54,994 bases of DNA, taken from Methanosarcinales archaeon (GTDB taxonomy: Bacteria > Omnitrophota > Gorgyraeia > Duberdicusellales > 4484-171). A program made the position numbers and the translations under genes. Below are positions 43,078 through 54,647 of this stretch, piece by piece (within the stretch, counting starts at the first letter, position 1; each line of letters begins with the position of its first letter). The stretch lies in assembly GCA_048634245.1 (NCBI GenBank), contig JAIWAR010000004.1:1-54994 (forward strand), given 5' to 3'. Below the pieces are notes generated by a model that had not been told where the DNA came from, made no database searches, and saw only the letters and a list, made by a program, of their open reading frames with translations.

Positions 43078-44454
43078 CTATGCTCGTTCTAATATTTTTT
43101 TTGATGCTCTATTTGATATAACTGTAGGGTATTTACCCGTAAAACAAGCGGTACAAAATTCCCGCTCAGGAAGCAGCATTGCCTTAAGCATACCCTTCAG
43201 GCTCAGATACATTAAACTATCTACTCCGATAAAATCTTTAATCCAATCTATGCTATGATTAGAAGCAATCAGCTCCCCCTTAGTAGGAAAGTCTATTCCG
43301 TAGAAACAGGGAAATTTAATCGGTGGACAGCTTATCCCCATATGCACTTCTTTAGCACCTGCCTGCCTAATGGTTTTTACACGTACTCTGCTGGTAGTAC
43401 CGCGAACAATAGAGTCGTCGATAATAATAACTTTCTTGCCTTCTAAAACATCTTTTATGGTATTCAGCTTAATTCTCACGCGAAGATTTCTCACAAATTG
43501 TGAGGGTTGAATAAAGGTTCTGCCCACGTAATGATTACGTATCATTCCCATTTCAAAAGGAAGGCCGGCTTTTTGAGCAAACCCAATTGATGCATACATT
43601 CCTGAATCCGGAACCGGCATACACAAATCACATTTTTTCAAGCGGCATTCACTGGCTAGATATTCACCTAAGCGTTTACGAGTAAAATAAACGCTCTTGC
43701 CAAAAATATTTGAATCCGGCCGAGCAAAATAGATAAGCTCAAAAATACATAGAGAATGTTTCTTTTCAGGAAAAGGTTTTATTGACTCAATACCCTTTTT
43801 GCTGATAAACACAATTTCTCCCGGTTCAATATCACGTATATATTGAGCCTGAATCAGATCCAAAGCACAAGTCTCACTAGCTAAAACGTAGGCATCACCT
43901 AATTTGCCAAGGCAAAGAGGCCTAAACCCATGAGGATCCCTTGCGCCAATTAATATATCATTTACCATCAATACTAATGAATAGGCACCTTCTAATCGCG
44001 AAAGCGCCCAGATAATACTTTTATGCGGGTCTTTATTCGGAGAACAAGTAATAAGATGAGCAACTATTTCGGAATCCATTGTGGTTTGAAAAATTGATCC
44101 TTTCTTTTCCATTCCATCACGCAGCCCAAGAACATTAGTAAGGTTACCATTATGAGCTATAACGATATGCTCTTTTCTGTGGTTAACAACAAAGGGTTGA
44201 ATATTCTTTGCAGTACTTGACCCGGTGGTTGAATAGCGAGTGTGGCCTACAGCAATGTTACCTTTCAACGACTTTATTGATCTTTCATCAAATACGTCGC
44301 AAACAAGCCCCATTCCTTTGTGAGAATTTAATTTTTTGCCGCCGCTGGCAACTATTCCCGCACTTTCCTCTCCCCGATGCTGAAGAGCATAAAGCCCTAA
44401 ATAAGCTAATCTGCCCGCTTCCTTATGTCCGTACATGCCAAGTATTCCACACAT
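43078..44454 (-). CDS. purF: amidophosphoribosyltransferase
   Basis: MCGILGMYG Ntn nucleophile. PRTase motif VIIIDDSIVRGTT. C-terminal Cys ligands. Confidence 0.96.
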   Translation of the reverse strand: MCGILGMYGHKEAGRLAYLGLYALQHRGEESAGIVASGGKKLNSHKGMGLVCDVFDERSIKSLKGNIAVGHTRYSTTGSSTAKNIQPFVVNHRKEHIVIAHNGNLTNVLGLRDGMEKKGSIFQTTMDSEIVAHLITCSPNKDPHKSIIWALSRLEGAYSLVLMVNDILIGARDPHGFRPLCLGKLGDAYVLASETCALDLIQAQYIRDIEPGEIVFISKKGIESIKPFPEKKHSLCIFELIYFARPDSNIFGKSVYFTRKRLGEYLASECRLKKCDLCMPVPDSGMYASIGFAQKAGLPFEMGMIRNHYVGRTFIQPSQFVRNLRVRIKLNTIKDVLEGKKVIIIDDSIVRGTTSRVRVKTIRQAGAKEVHMGISCPPIKFPCFYGIDFPTKGELIASNHSIDWIKDFIGVDSLMYLSLKGMLKAMLLPEREFCTACFTGKYPTVISNRASKKILERA

Positions 44455-44457
44455 ATT

Positions 44458-46683
44458 TTATTTTACAATCCTTTTCTCTAATACCTGAGCCCATTCCCGA
44501 TATAATCTTCCCAGAGGTAACCTGATTAATTCGTTCTGCCCCTTAAAAATTACCAGGTTTTTACCACCTGTCCTGCCAATAACTTGAATTGGCGCTTTAT
44601 TTTTTTTCGCGATATCCCTGACCTTACCTACATACTCTCTACCGCAGGAAAGAATAATTCTTGACTGGGACTCGCCAAAAAGAATAGCGTCCTTTCTGCC
44701 GGTAAAATCTAAATTATCAATAACCGCCCCCAACATATTTTCTTTGTTGGAAATACAACACTCTGCCAGAGCCACTGCCAGGCCTCCTTCAGAACAATCG
44801 TGTGCCGAGCTGACTAATCCTTTTTTTATCGCTTTTAGTGCTGTTTGCCCAACTGCCTTTTCTAAACGCAAATCTAACTCCGGCGGCTCTCCCTTTATTA
44901 ATTTATGCACTTCTTTTAAATATTCGCTGCCGCCTAATTCTTCTTTACCGAGCCCCAAAAGAATAATTATCTCATTTTCTTTCTTAAAATTCTGCGTGCA
45001 AACTCTTTTTATGTCATCTATGATTCCTATCATTCCGATAGTTGGCGTAGGATGAATCGCGCTTTTTTGACTTTCGTTATAAAAAGAAACATTGCCGCTA
45101 ACTACAGGTATATTAAAAAACTTACAAGCATGGACAATCCCTTCCACGCAATTTTTAAACTGCCAGAACCTATCAGGCTTTTCGGGGTTTCCGAAATTAA
45201 GACAATCTGTAACTGCCGCCGGTTCAGCGCCGGAACAAATGAGGTTTCTTGCCGCTTCTGCTATCGCAATCTGCGCTCCTCGGTAAGGATTTAAAAAACA
45301 ATAGCGGCTGTTGCAATCGGTAGTAGCCGCGATAGCCTTGTCTGTACCTTTTAATCTTATCACCGCGGCATCAGAACCGGGCAAAACTACCGTATTAGTC
45401 TGGACCATATGGTCATACTGTTCATAAACCCATTGCTTACTACAAATAGAGGGTGAACTCAAAAGCTTAAGTAAAACTTTATTGAAATCCTTTGGCAGTG
45501 TTATCTTCTTGATACTTAATTTATTCATTTTATGCAAGTAATTTGGTTTTTTGTACGGCATATCATAAACAGGGCCATCGGTCAATAAAGACGCTTTTAT
45601 TTCAGCCACAATTTTGCCATTATCATTAATACGTACTATACCCTCGTCAATAACTCTGCCTATTGCAACGGCTTTAACGCCCCATTTCGAAAAAATATCC
45701 TCAATGTCTTTTTCCTTACCCTTTTTAACACAAAGAAGCATTCTCTCCTGGGACTCTGACATCATCACTTCCCATGCCTCCATGCCTTTTTCTTTTCTCG
45801 GAACGTATTGAAGTTCTACCTCTACTCCTAAACCACCCGCGGATGCCATTTCACTTGTACAGCAAGTAAGGCCCGCCGCGCCCATATCTTTAAGGCCCAC
45901 TACATACCCTGTGGCTAACGCCTCCAAGGTTGCTTCTATAAGACACTTTTCGGCAAAAGGATCTCCTACCTGGACAGTGGGCCTTTTCTCTTCGTTCTCT
46001 TTTAGTTCCTTTGAAGCTAGAACACTACAACCTCCTATGCCATCCCGCCCCGTACTGCCTCCCGCATACATTATAATATTACCAACTCCTATAGCCTGAG
46101 CCTTCACCACTTTGCTTTTCTCCACAATTCCTATACTCATAGCGTTTACCAGACAATTACCGTTATAACTTTCGTCAAAATATATCTCTCCGCCAATTGT
46201 CGGTACTCCTAGACAATTACCGTAAAATTGAATACCATCTACTACACTCTTTAAAAGATATCTGTTGTATGCCTTTGATAATTGGCCAAAACGTAAAGAG
46301 TTTAATGATGCTATCGGCCGCGCTCCTGCTGTAAATATGTCCCTGATTATTCCTCCTACACCTGTAGCAGCACCTTGCCTAGGCTCAACCTGTGATGGAT
46401 GGTTGTGGCTTTCCATCTTAAAGACGATAACGAAATCATCAAGGATAAAACCTCCCGAATCTTCACCGATACGGCTTTGATATTTCCCTTTTTTAGGCAA
46501 AAGTTTAAGCCAATTACGAGAGCGTGGATATCCACAATGTTCCGACCACTCCACAGAAAACATTGCCAATTCCGTAGATGTTGGTTCCCGCTGTAAAACA
46601 TCCAAAATCCTCCGATATTCTTCGTCCTTTAAACCCAAACTTCTATAGACTTCAGGTTTTGCCATATTACCGCCTATTTGCAA
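44458..46683 (-). CDS. purL: phosphoribosylformylglycinamidine synthase subunit PurL
   Basis: Conserved SEHCGY, ESHNHPS and DCLNFGNPE motifs. An alternative ATG at 46665 would remove the overlap with purQ. Confidence 0.95.
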   Translation of the reverse strand: MQIGGNMAKPEVYRSLGLKDEEYRRILDVLQREPTSTELAMFSVEWSEHCGYPRSRNWLKLLPKKGKYQSRIGEDSGGFILDDFVIVFKMESHNHPSQVEPRQGAATGVGGIIRDIFTAGARPIASLNSLRFGQLSKAYNRYLLKSVVDGIQFYGNCLGVPTIGGEIYFDESYNGNCLVNAMSIGIVEKSKVVKAQAIGVGNIIMYAGGSTGRDGIGGCSVLASKELKENEEKRPTVQVGDPFAEKCLIEATLEALATGYVVGLKDMGAAGLTCCTSEMASAGGLGVEVELQYVPRKEKGMEAWEVMMSESQERMLLCVKKGKEKDIEDIFSKWGVKAVAIGRVIDEGIVRINDNGKIVAEIKASLLTDGPVYDMPYKKPNYLHKMNKLSIKKITLPKDFNKVLLKLLSSPSICSKQWVYEQYDHMVQTNTVVLPGSDAAVIRLKGTDKAIAATTDCNSRYCFLNPYRGAQIAIAEAARNLICSGAEPAAVTDCLNFGNPEKPDRFWQFKNCVEGIVHACKFFNIPVVSGNVSFYNESQKSAIHPTPTIGMIGIIDDIKRVCTQNFKKENEIIILLGLGKEELGGSEYLKEVHKLIKGEPPELDLRLEKAVGQTALKAIKKGLVSSAHDCSEGGLAVALAECCISNKENMLGAVIDNLDFTGRKDAILFGESQSRIILSCGREYVGKVRDIAKKNKAPIQVIGRTGGKNLVIFKGQNELIRLPLGRLYREWAQVLEKRIVK

Positions 46684-47365
46684 GCCACTTGACTATTGAT
46701 CTAAAGATTAAAAGGCCATCTTCAGAACCTAATTCTGCCTCAGAACTTCTCTCCGGATGAGGCATCATGCCTAAAACGTTTCCCCCTTTATTTACGATGC
46801 CCGCGATATTTGCCAACGCACCGTTGGGATTAGACTTTTCATTGATAGCCCCATCTTGATCACAGTAGTAAAAAACAATCTGCCTGTTTTTCTCTAAATT
46901 TTTTAGTCCATTCTTATCAATATAATAGTTACCTTCATTATGGGCTATTGGTATTCTTAAAATTTGATTTCTATTACAAAGATTTGTAAAAGGTGTTTCA
47001 CTGTTTCCAATTTTTACATACACATATTTACAGATAAAATGAAGATTTTTATTTCTTAACATTGCTCCGGGCAAAAGCCCTGATTCAAGCAGGATTTGAA
47101 AGCCATTGCAAATTCCAATTACCAGCCCCCCCTTCTGAGCAAAGTCAGAAACTTGCTTCATTATTGACGAAAATCTAGCTATTGCGCCTGTCCTGAGATA
47201 GTCTCCGTAGCTAAAACCTCCCGGCAATATAATACAATCAAAGCCATCCAATTTTGTATCTTTGTGCCAGATATATTTAACCGGTTGGTTGAGAACATTC
47301 TTAATTACATAAAAACAATCCCAGTCACAGTTAGAACCTGGAAAAACTACAACGCCAAATCTCAT
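46667..47365 (-). CDS. purQ: phosphoribosylformylglycinamidine synthase subunit PurQ (glutaminase)
   Basis: FPGSNCD, GICNGFQ catalytic Cys, MMPHPER. Confidence 0.95.
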   Translation of the reverse strand: MRFGVVVFPGSNCDWDCFYVIKNVLNQPVKYIWHKDTKLDGFDCIILPGGFSYGDYLRTGAIARFSSIMKQVSDFAQKGGLVIGICNGFQILLESGLLPGAMLRNKNLHFICKYVYVKIGNSETPFTNLCNRNQILRIPIAHNEGNYYIDKNGLKNLEKNRQIVFYYCDQDGAINEKSNPNGALANIAGIVNKGGNVLGMMPHPERSSEAELGSEDGLLIFRSIVKWLANRR

Positions 47366-47613
47366 TTTATTTTTTCTACTCTGAAACTATAGTTTTCTAT
47401 TATCGGGTTAGCTAACAACTTCCGGCACATTTGATCAACCCTCTGTTTGATTTTTTCCTTGTCCCCGGAGTTTATTTTAATAATAATTAATTTACCGACA
47501 CGAACCTCTTCTAAGCCTGAATAGCTTAATGATTCTAAAGCATGCTTGATAGTCAAACCCTGAGGATCGGATACAGTTCTTTTTGGAGTAATATAAATTT
47601 TTACTTCAAACAT
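47362..47613 (-). CDS. purS: phosphoribosylformylglycinamidine synthase subunit PurS
   Basis: 83 aa. V..K..V.DPQG....AL pattern. 4-nt overlap with purQ. Confidence 0.9.
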   Translation of the reverse strand: MFEVKIYITPKRTVSDPQGLTIKHALESLSYSGLEEVRVGKLIIIKINSGDKEKIKQRVDQMCRKLLANPIIENYSFRVEKIK

Positions 47614-47653
47614 TTTTTCTCCACAACAACACCTCCTTTAATGAATCAAAAAC

Positions 47654-50600
47654 TCATACCATTCGTTCCGTAAGCCTGGATTTCATCTGATATTCTTGAA
47701 TCGATCTTACAGTAAGGCCTCGCTTCATAACAGATTCTATTCCATTAATAGCCGCCTGGGCTCCCTGAAGCGTAGTTATGCAAGGTATACCCTGCATAAC
47801 TGCTAAGCTCCTTATTGATTTCATATCAGACTGTCCCTTTGAACCCGATGGTGTATTAATAATGAGCTTTATCCGGCCTGTTCTTATAAATTCTAAAATT
47901 CTAGTATCACCTTCGCTAATCTTACCAATCATCTCTGTTTCAACATTGTTAGAATGAAGAACTTTTCTTGTTCCTTTTGTGGCCATAATTTCAAAACCCA
48001 TATCTGAAAGTTTCTTTGCAGCAAACACTAAATTCCTTTTATCGCTATTCTTGACACTTATAAAAATCTTTCCGTTTAAAGGAAGTTTTTGGCCGGCAGC
48101 AACTTGAGATTTATAAAACGCCCTTCCAAAAGAATCATCTATACCCATCACTTCCCCTGTTGATTTCATTTCCGGGCCAAGGAGTACGTCAACTCCGGAA
48201 AATCTTGAGAATGGCAGGACAGACTCTTTTATTGCAATATGGCTTATCTTCGGTTCTTCAACAAAACCCAATTCAGAAAGTTTCTTGCCCGCCATTACCT
48301 GAGCGGCAAGCTTGGCTAAAGCGATACCAATAACTTTACTCACGAAGGGTACTGTTCGGGAAGCCCGTGGATTGACTTCTAGCACATACACAGTATTATT
48401 CTTTACGGCAAACTGTATATTAAGAAGGCCTTTTACTTCTAATTCTTTTGACATGGCAAAAGTATATTTTCTTATGGTGTTAATAATATCATCACTTAGG
48501 GTATGCGGAGGCATAACGCAGGCTGAATCTCCGGAATGTACGCCGGCTTCTTCTATATGCTCCATGATGCCGCCTATTACCGTGAGGTTACCATCTGAAA
48601 CAGCATCAACATCAACCTCTACAGCATCTTCCAAAAATTTATCGATTAAAATCGGACGATCCTCAGATGTATCTCTCGCTTCTTTCATAAATTCATCAAG
48701 AGATGTATCATCGTAAACAATTTTCATTGCTCTACCGCCCAAGACATAGGAAGGCCTGACTAAAACAGGATACCCAATTCTTTCCGCTATTTGCTTCGCT
48801 TCCTTTTTCGAAGTAGCAGAGCCGTTATCCGGCTGATTAATGTTTAATTTCCTTATAAGTTTTGCAAATTTACCCCTATCTTCCGCTCTATCGATAGATT
48901 TTACTGAAGTTCCAATAATTGGAACTCCTGCCTGCTCAAGACGCCTTGCTAAATTAAGAGGAGTCTGGCCTCCGAATTGCACAATTACTCCGTCAGGATT
49001 TTCTTTATCAACAACATTCATTACATCTTCAAAGGTAAGCGGCTCAAAATAAAGCTTATCGGATGTGTCATAATCCGTTGATACGGTTTCAGGATTTGAA
49101 TTGACCATGATTACCTCAAATCCTAACTCTTTAAGAGCAAAAGAAGCATGGCAACAGCAATAATCAAATTCTATGCCCTGGCCGATCCTGTTGGGGCCGC
49201 CGCCTAATATCATTATCTTTTTCTTTTTGGAAACTTTTGATTCATCTTCAGTCTCATAGGTCGAATAATAATAGGGTGTGTAGGCTTCAAACTCTGCCGC
49301 ACAAGTATCTACCAATTTAAACGTTGCTTCAACTCCCCTTTCTTTTCTAAAATTTCTCACTGATAATTCATCAGAATCAATTAAATCAGCTATTTGCCTA
49401 TCACTAAACCCATATTGCTTCACTCTCTTCAGCAAATCTAAATCTATATTCAAATCTTTATTACTTGTGACCTGTGACCTGCCTGTGCCCGCTTGTGCCC
49501 GCAAGGGTATAAGGGTATGACTTGTGACTTGAATTTGCTGTTCCAATTCCACAATCTGCTTTATATTATCAATAAACCAGGGGTCTATACCGGTAAGCTG
49601 GCTAATATCCTCAACCGTATATCCTTTCTGAACGGCATATTTAATATAAAATATCCGGGAAGCATTGGGCTTTTGTAGCCGCAGCTTGATTTTTTCATCA
49701 GATATATGACGGTAATCCAATTTATTATCCAGGCCACTGTGTCCAATTTCCAATCCACGTAAACCTTTCTGCAAGGCCTCCCTAAAAGTTCTTCCTATTG
49801 CCATTGTCTCGCCTACTGACTTCATGGAAATTCCTAAAATATCTTCGGCCTCAGGAAATTTCTCAAAAGTAAACCGGGGAATCTTGACTACACAATAATC
49901 TATTGTTGGTTCAAAAGAAGCGGGTGTTTCTTTTGTGATATCATTTCGTATTTCATCAAGGGTATAACCCACAGCTAATTTTGCCGCAAACTTAGCAATT
50001 GGAAAACCGGTCGCTTTAGAAGCTAAAGCTGATGAACGTGAAACCCTTGGATTCATTTCGATTACTACCATACGGCCATTTTCCGGATTCACTGCAAACT
50101 GAATATTTGAACCGCCGGTTTCAACTCCTACTTCCCGGATTATTGCCAGAGCAGCATCCCGCATTTTCTGATATTCTTTATCTGTTAAAGTCTGGGCAGG
50201 TGCTACGGTTATAGAATCTCCGGTATGAATACCCATGGGATCAAAATTTTCCATTGAGCAAACTACGACTACATTATCCCTATAGTCTCGCATAACTTCG
50301 AGTTCGTATTCTTTCCAGCCAAAAATTGATTCTTCAATTAGGATTTCATTAATCATACTATTCTTTAAACCCAAATCTACTATTTTTTCAAACTCCTCTT
50401 GGGTAGTTGCAATTCCTCCACCGGTTCCGCCAAGAGTAAAACTTGGCCTTATAATTACCGGTAAGCCAATTCTCTCAAGGACCTCTCGAGCCTCTTCGAT
50501 AGAGTATGCGATCCTACTCTTAGGTAAATCCAGTCCGATTTGCCTCATTGCATTTTTAAAATACTGGCGGTCTTCTGCTTTTTTTATGGCATCATAATTT

Positions 50601-50953
50601 GCGCCTATCATCTGTACGTTATAAGCATCAAGAACACCACGTTCAACAAGCTTAACTGCGGTATTTAAACCGGTTTGGCCTCCCAATGTAGGAAGCAAAG
50701 CGTCGGGGCGTTCTTTAATGATAATTCTTTCCAGAATTTCGGGGGTAATAGGCTCGATATAAGTGGCATCGGCAATTTCAGGATCGGTCATTATAGTAGC
50801 TGGATTAGAATTAACCAGAACTACCTTAAATCCTTCCTCTCTTAAGGCTTTACAGGCCTGAGTACCGGAATAATCAAACTCACAAGCCTGGCCTATTACG
50901 ATCGGGCCTGAACCAATAATTAGAATTTTATGTATATCCGTTCGTTTAGGCAT
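47654..50953 (-). CDS. carB: carbamoyl-phosphate synthase large subunit
   Basis: [29 protein letters not shown] start. Duplicated ATP-grasp halves. MGS-like C-terminus. Confidence 0.97.
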   Translation of the reverse strand: MPKRTDIHKILIIGSGPIVIGQACEFDYSGTQACKALREEGFKVVLVNSNPATIMTDPEIADATYIEPITPEILERIIIKERPDALLPTLGGQTGLNTAVKLVERGVLDAYNVQMIGANYDAIKKAEDRQYFKNAMRQIGLDLPKSRIAYSIEEAREVLERIGLPVIIRPSFTLGGTGGGIATTQEEFEKIVDLGLKNSMINEILIEESIFGWKEYELEVMRDYRDNVVVVCSMENFDPMGIHTGDSITVAPAQTLTDKEYQKMRDAALAIIREVGVETGGSNIQFAVNPENGRMVVIEMNPRVSRSSALASKATGFPIAKFAAKLAVGYTLDEIRNDITKETPASFEPTIDYCVVKIPRFTFEKFPEAEDILGISMKSVGETMAIGRTFREALQKGLRGLEIGHSGLDNKLDYRHISDEKIKLRLQKPNASRIFYIKYAVQKGYTVEDISQLTGIDPWFIDNIKQIVELEQQIQVTSHTLIPLRAQAGTGRSQVTSNKDLNIDLDLLKRVKQYGFSDRQIADLIDSDELSVRNFRKERGVEATFKLVDTCAAEFEAYTPYYYSTYETEDESKVSKKKKIMILGGGPNRIGQGIEFDYCCCHASFALKELGFEVIMVNSNPETVSTDYDTSDKLYFEPLTFEDVMNVVDKENPDGVIVQFGGQTPLNLARRLEQAGVPIIGTSVKSIDRAEDRGKFAKLIRKLNINQPDNGSATSKKEAKQIAERIGYPVLVRPSYVLGGRAMKIVYDDTSLDEFMKEARDTSEDRPILIDKFLEDAVEVDVDAVSDGNLTVIGGIMEHIEEAGVHSGDSACVMPPHTLSDDIINTIRKYTFAMSKELEVKGLLNIQFAVKNNTVYVLEVNPRASRTVPFVSKVIGIALAKLAAQVMAGKKLSELGFVEEPKISHIAIKESVLPFSRFSGVDVLLGPEMKSTGEVMGIDDSFGRAFYKSQVAAGQKLPLNGKIFISVKNSDKRNLVFAAKKLSDMGFEIMATKGTRKVLHSNNVETEMIGKISEGDTRILEFIRTGRIKLIINTPSGSKGQSDMKSIRSLAVMQGIPCITTLQGAQAAINGIESVMKRGLTVRSIQEYQMKSRLTERMV
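49463..49528 (-). repeat. 57-nt in-frame GC-rich micro-repeat insertion in carB bounded by a 9-bp direct repeat
   Basis: acttgtgac at 49463-49471 and again at 49520-49528. The interior is built of tgtgacc x2, tgtgccc x2 and aagggtat x2. It encodes ..[23 protein letters not shown].. Confidence 0.7.
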
Positions 50954-50969
50954 AGTTCGGCCCTGCTCG

Positions 50970-52064
50970 CTACAAGCAATTCTTCTCCATCATTTCAACA
51001 AATTCCTTAAATAGATATCGCGCATCGTGAGAACCCGGAGAGGCCTCAGGGTGAAATTGCACTGAGGATACAGGGAAGTTTTTATGTCTCATCCCCTCTA
51101 AGGTATTATCGTTGAGATTAATATGTGTAATTTCAATATCTTCTTTATTCAACGAATCTGTATCCACACAGAATCCATGATTTTGCACGGTTATATAAAC
51201 CTTACCTGATTTTAGATCTTTAACCGGTTGGTTTCCGCCATGATGGCCAAATTTAAGTTTGAAAGTTTTCCCACCCAAGGCCAATCCCAACATCTGATGC
51301 CCCAAACAAATGCCAAAAATCGGTAATTTTCCAATTAATTTTTTAACCATTTCAACTACATAGAACACTCCTTGAGGGTCCCCCGGGCCGTTAGAAAGCA
51401 ACACGCCATCAGGTTTCATCTTTAGAATTTCCTCTGAAGTAGTTTTCGCCGGAACAACAATCACCTGGCAAGAACATCCGGCTAACTCTCTTAAAATATT
51501 AAATTTAACGCCGCAGTCAATAACTACAACTTTGTATTTGCCTTCCCCATTCCAATTTTGAATTCTACCAGATGTAACTTCTTTCACTAAATCTCTACCA
51601 ATCAAACCGGGAGAAGCCTTCGCCTTTTCAATTAAACTTGTCTCATCTAAATCTTCAGTGGAAATAACAGTTTTCATTGTTCCCTGCAGTCTAATATGGC
51701 GGGTAAGCGCGCGTGTATCTATACCTGCTATTCCCAAAATATCATTCTCTTTAAGATAAGTGTCGAGGCTTTTCTGTGAACGCCAGTTGCTGGCAATACG
51801 GCTGTATTCCTTAACCACAAACCCCTCTACAAATAACCTTTTTGATTCCACATCTTCTGAATTTATGCCATAGTTGCCAATAAGAGGGTAGGTCATAGCA
51901 ACAATTTGGCCTTTGTAGGAAGGGTCGGTGAGAATTTCTTGATAACCGGTCATACTGGTATTGAAAACCGTTTCACCGAACCTGGTTCCGTTTGCACCGA
52001 AAGAATATCCTTCAAAAATTGTCCCGTCTTCTAAAGCTATTTTTGCTATCTTTTCACTTTCCAT
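50970..52064 (-). CDS. carA: carbamoyl-phosphate synthase small (glutaminase) subunit
   Basis: [28 protein letters not shown] and QFHPE motifs. I chose the ATG at 52064 by N-terminal alignment. The longest ORF starts at 52097. Confidence 0.93.
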   Translation of the reverse strand: MESEKIAKIALEDGTIFEGYSFGANGTRFGETVFNTSMTGYQEILTDPSYKGQIVAMTYPLIGNYGINSEDVESKRLFVEGFVVKEYSRIASNWRSQKSLDTYLKENDILGIAGIDTRALTRHIRLQGTMKTVISTEDLDETSLIEKAKASPGLIGRDLVKEVTSGRIQNWNGEGKYKVVVIDCGVKFNILRELAGCSCQVIVVPAKTTSEEILKMKPDGVLLSNGPGDPQGVFYVVEMVKKLIGKLPIFGICLGHQMLGLALGGKTFKLKFGHHGGNQPVKDLKSGKVYITVQNHGFCVDTDSLNKEDIEITHINLNDNTLEGMRHKNFPVSSVQFHPEASPGSHDARYLFKEFVEMMEKNCL

Positions 52065-53646
52065 CAAGAATTGCTTCAGCTTCTTTGCGATAAGCATCCA
52101 TCACATAAGGAATTCCGGAAACTTTTGCCGCTTCTTCAGTCAAAGTCATAATATCCTTTCTGGAAATTGTGTTTACCCTGAAATTTCTACTTCCAGCCAT
52201 TAACTGCTGCAAACCAACCTTAATTTTCTGCGAAAAAGTATAGATACCAACGGCTCCCAAAGGAATATCCTTTATATCCTTACCATACTTTTCCTTAAGT
52301 TCGGCATATGTAACATAAATTTCTTCAGGGGATTGACCAAATTCCGAAATGGTCTTGGGAAGGTCCTTTGATTCGATCCACCCATGCATATTTTTGCCAA
52401 CCATACCCGGTATCATTAAGGCTCTACCCATACATACAGCTTTTACATAAGGGGCACCCATAGCAAGCACTTTAAAAATATGGTCTTCTGATGAAAATCC
52501 GCCAGCTATAGCTATGTCGGGTACGCGCATTCCCATTTTAGCCAGTTTTTCACAAAACTCATAGGCTAAAGATTGTAAGTAAAAGGTGGGAATGCCCCAT
52601 TCCTCCATCATTCTCCAGGGGCTCATTCCCGTCCCCCCGGGGGCACCATCAATAGTAAGAAGATCTATTTTTGCTAACGAGGAATATTTGATAGCCATAG
52701 CTAATTCTCTCATAGAATAAGCGCCGGTTTTTAAAGTTATACGCTTAAAACCAAGATCTCTTAAACGCTTAACTTCGGCTAAAAATGATTCCTCAGAAAC
52801 AAACCCCAACCGGGAATGTCTCTCAAATTCTTTAATAGCACCATCCTTAAAGGCCTTCTGGTTAGCAGAAATAGACGGATCAGGGGTTACGATATAACCG
52901 CGTTTTTGCAACTCAAGCGCTCTCTCTAAATTCTTAACCTTAATTTCTCCCCCAATACACTTTGCTCCCTGGCCCCATTTTAATTCTATAGTATCTAAGT
53001 TGTGCTTTTTTCTTACATATTCAGCCACTCCTAAGCGAGTATCCTCGACATTCATCTGCACAAGAATCTCACCGTAGCCCTCGTGGAATCTTTTATAAAC
53101 CTCTATACGGTGGTCCATGTCGGGCGCTTTTGTAACCTTACCTTCAGAGTCACACTCAAGTTTAGGATCTATACCGCAAACGTTCTCACCGCAGACAAGA
53201 GTTACACCGGAAATAGCTGCCCCAATAGCAAAATGCTCCCAATTTTTACGAGCGATTTCTGTTGAACCTAATGCCCCGGTAAAAATCGGAACTCTCATTT
53301 TGTGTTTTATATCCCAGCCATATTCGGTCTCTGTACTAACATCGGGAAACTTTGTTGTATCAGGACTTCCCTCGACCCCTTCTGGCAAACCTTTCGCGCC
53401 TAAAGCATACCCTTGAATATTTAAATGCGAATAATCTACAGGATAATCCTTATCCCCACCGGCAGTTACATCTCCAAACGGACCAGGATAAATTACCTCA
53501 CGGCCCCGGAATGAAGCTTTAAACACCTCGCAATTACCTCTGCACCCATCAACGCAGCGTGAACACAATCCCGACCCCGGCACCACACTCTTAGAACGAT
53601 TAAACGTTCTGGTTGCATCATTTCCATTTGGCCTTTGTAAATTCAT
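52054..53646 (-). CDS. FMN-binding glutamate synthase family protein (GltB domain 2-like) with N-terminal Cys cluster
   Basis: CSRCVDGCRGNCEV cluster. LKWGQGAK, IDGAPGGTG and AGGFSSEDHIFKVLAMGA motifs of the Glu_synthase FMN domain. Confidence 0.85.
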   Translation of the reverse strand: MNLQRPNGNDATRTFNRSKSVVPGSGLCSRCVDGCRGNCEVFKASFRGREVIYPGPFGDVTAGGDKDYPVDYSHLNIQGYALGAKGLPEGVEGSPDTTKFPDVSTETEYGWDIKHKMRVPIFTGALGSTEIARKNWEHFAIGAAISGVTLVCGENVCGIDPKLECDSEGKVTKAPDMDHRIEVYKRFHEGYGEILVQMNVEDTRLGVAEYVRKKHNLDTIELKWGQGAKCIGGEIKVKNLERALELQKRGYIVTPDPSISANQKAFKDGAIKEFERHSRLGFVSEESFLAEVKRLRDLGFKRITLKTGAYSMRELAMAIKYSSLAKIDLLTIDGAPGGTGMSPWRMMEEWGIPTFYLQSLAYEFCEKLAKMGMRVPDIAIAGGFSSEDHIFKVLAMGAPYVKAVCMGRALMIPGMVGKNMHGWIESKDLPKTISEFGQSPEEIYVTYAELKEKYGKDIKDIPLGAVGIYTFSQKIKVGLQQLMAGSRNFRVNTISRKDIMTLTEEAAKVSGIPYVMDAYRKEAEAILDGK

Positions 53647-53693
53647 AACATTATCCTCCTTTTATATTTTGTTTTACGCCTATATCCTCCAGG

Positions 53694-54398
53694 CTATTTT
53701 AATTTCTTCATTTCGGATGTAAGAATTATCGCCTCGGCAACTTCGCGCATAGTTTTGCGGCGATCCATACTAAACCTCTGAAGCCTAAAATAAGCTTTCT
53801 CTTCTGTTAAACCTTCTTCTCTCATCAAAATTCCTTTAGCTCGTTCAATTCTTTTCCGGTTTTCCAGCTCTTCTTTAATCACCTTACTTTTTACTATCAA
53901 TTCCGTATTTTCAATAGCTACAGCTGCCTGATTAGCTATAGATGTTAAAATGTCTATTTCTGTTCCTGTAAAGTTATGAGTAGAGGCGGTGTAACAGTTA
54001 AGCACACCGATAACCTTTCCTTTAACCGCTAAGGGAACACACAAAAGGGAACAAAGCCCTTCTTTCTTGGCAATACCCCCGTATTTATATTCCTTTTCTT
54101 TAGTAACATCTTTAACGGTTATAGGTTTATTTTCTTTTGCGACTTTGCCCGCGATGCCCTCTCCTATTTTTAAAGGTGGTTTCTTGTTATACTCTTCACT
54201 AACGCTTTGTGTTGCCCGAATAACAAGTTTATTGCCCTTCTCATCAATAAGCAGCAAAGAGCATATATTAGAACCCATAACCTGTGCAGTTACTACCACT
54301 ATAAGACGAAGAATATCCTCTAAATATAGATCAGAAGCAATAGCTTTACTTATCTTCGATAAAGCTTTGATTTGTTCTTCGTAAGGTATGCTATTCAC
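53694..54398 (-). CDS. GAF + ANTAR domain RNA-binding antiterminator
   Basis: GAF core (SNICSLLLIDEKGNKLVIRA...GVLNCY). ANTAR helix pattern (RKRIERAKGILMREEGLTEEKAYFRLQRFSMDRRKTMREVAEAI). I prefer the GTG at 54398, 5 nt after AAGAGG. The longest ORF starts at the TTG at 54422. Confidence 0.85.
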   Translation of the reverse strand: MNSIPYEEQIKALSKISKAIASDLYLEDILRLIVVVTAQVMGSNICSLLLIDEKGNKLVIRATQSVSEEYNKKPPLKIGEGIAGKVAKENKPITVKDVTKEKEYKYGGIAKKEGLCSLLCVPLAVKGKVIGVLNCYTASTHNFTGTEIDILTSIANQAAVAIENTELIVKSKVIKEELENRKRIERAKGILMREEGLTEEKAYFRLQRFSMDRRKTMREVAEAIILTSEMKKLK

Positions 54399-54471
54399 GA
54401 TAGCCTCTTGGTATAATCTCAATAAAATTATACCTGGTTAAACATTCTATCCTTTATAGAATATCTTTAAA

Positions 54472-54522
54472 ATAAAAAAAAAGACGTTCCCTTCCTCTTA
54501 CCCTATGAGACATGAGAACATC
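54472..54522 (-). terminator. strong intrinsic terminator upstream of the GAF-ANTAR gene
   Basis: Minus-sense GAUGUUCUC..UCUC-loop-GAGG..GGGAACGUC followed by U9. Confidence 0.7.
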
Positions 54523-54552
54523 TTTGTTCTTTTTTAACACTAACCTTGTGCT
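54516..54552 (-). promoter_or_regulatory. ANTAR-type tandem hairpins, the second overlapping the terminator 5' arm
   Basis: Minus-sense AGCAC[AAGGUUA]GUGUU, A6 linker, (A)GAAC[AAAGAU]GUUC(U). Both loops have A at position 1 and G at position 4. GUUC is shared with the terminator stem. Confidence 0.4.
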
Positions 54553-54647
54553 TTTTTATTTATACCATACACCATCTAATAAGTAAAGTAAAAAACTTTC
54601 TTAGTAGTGTCAACGCATATACCTTCTTTTTGTAAAACTTTTAATAC

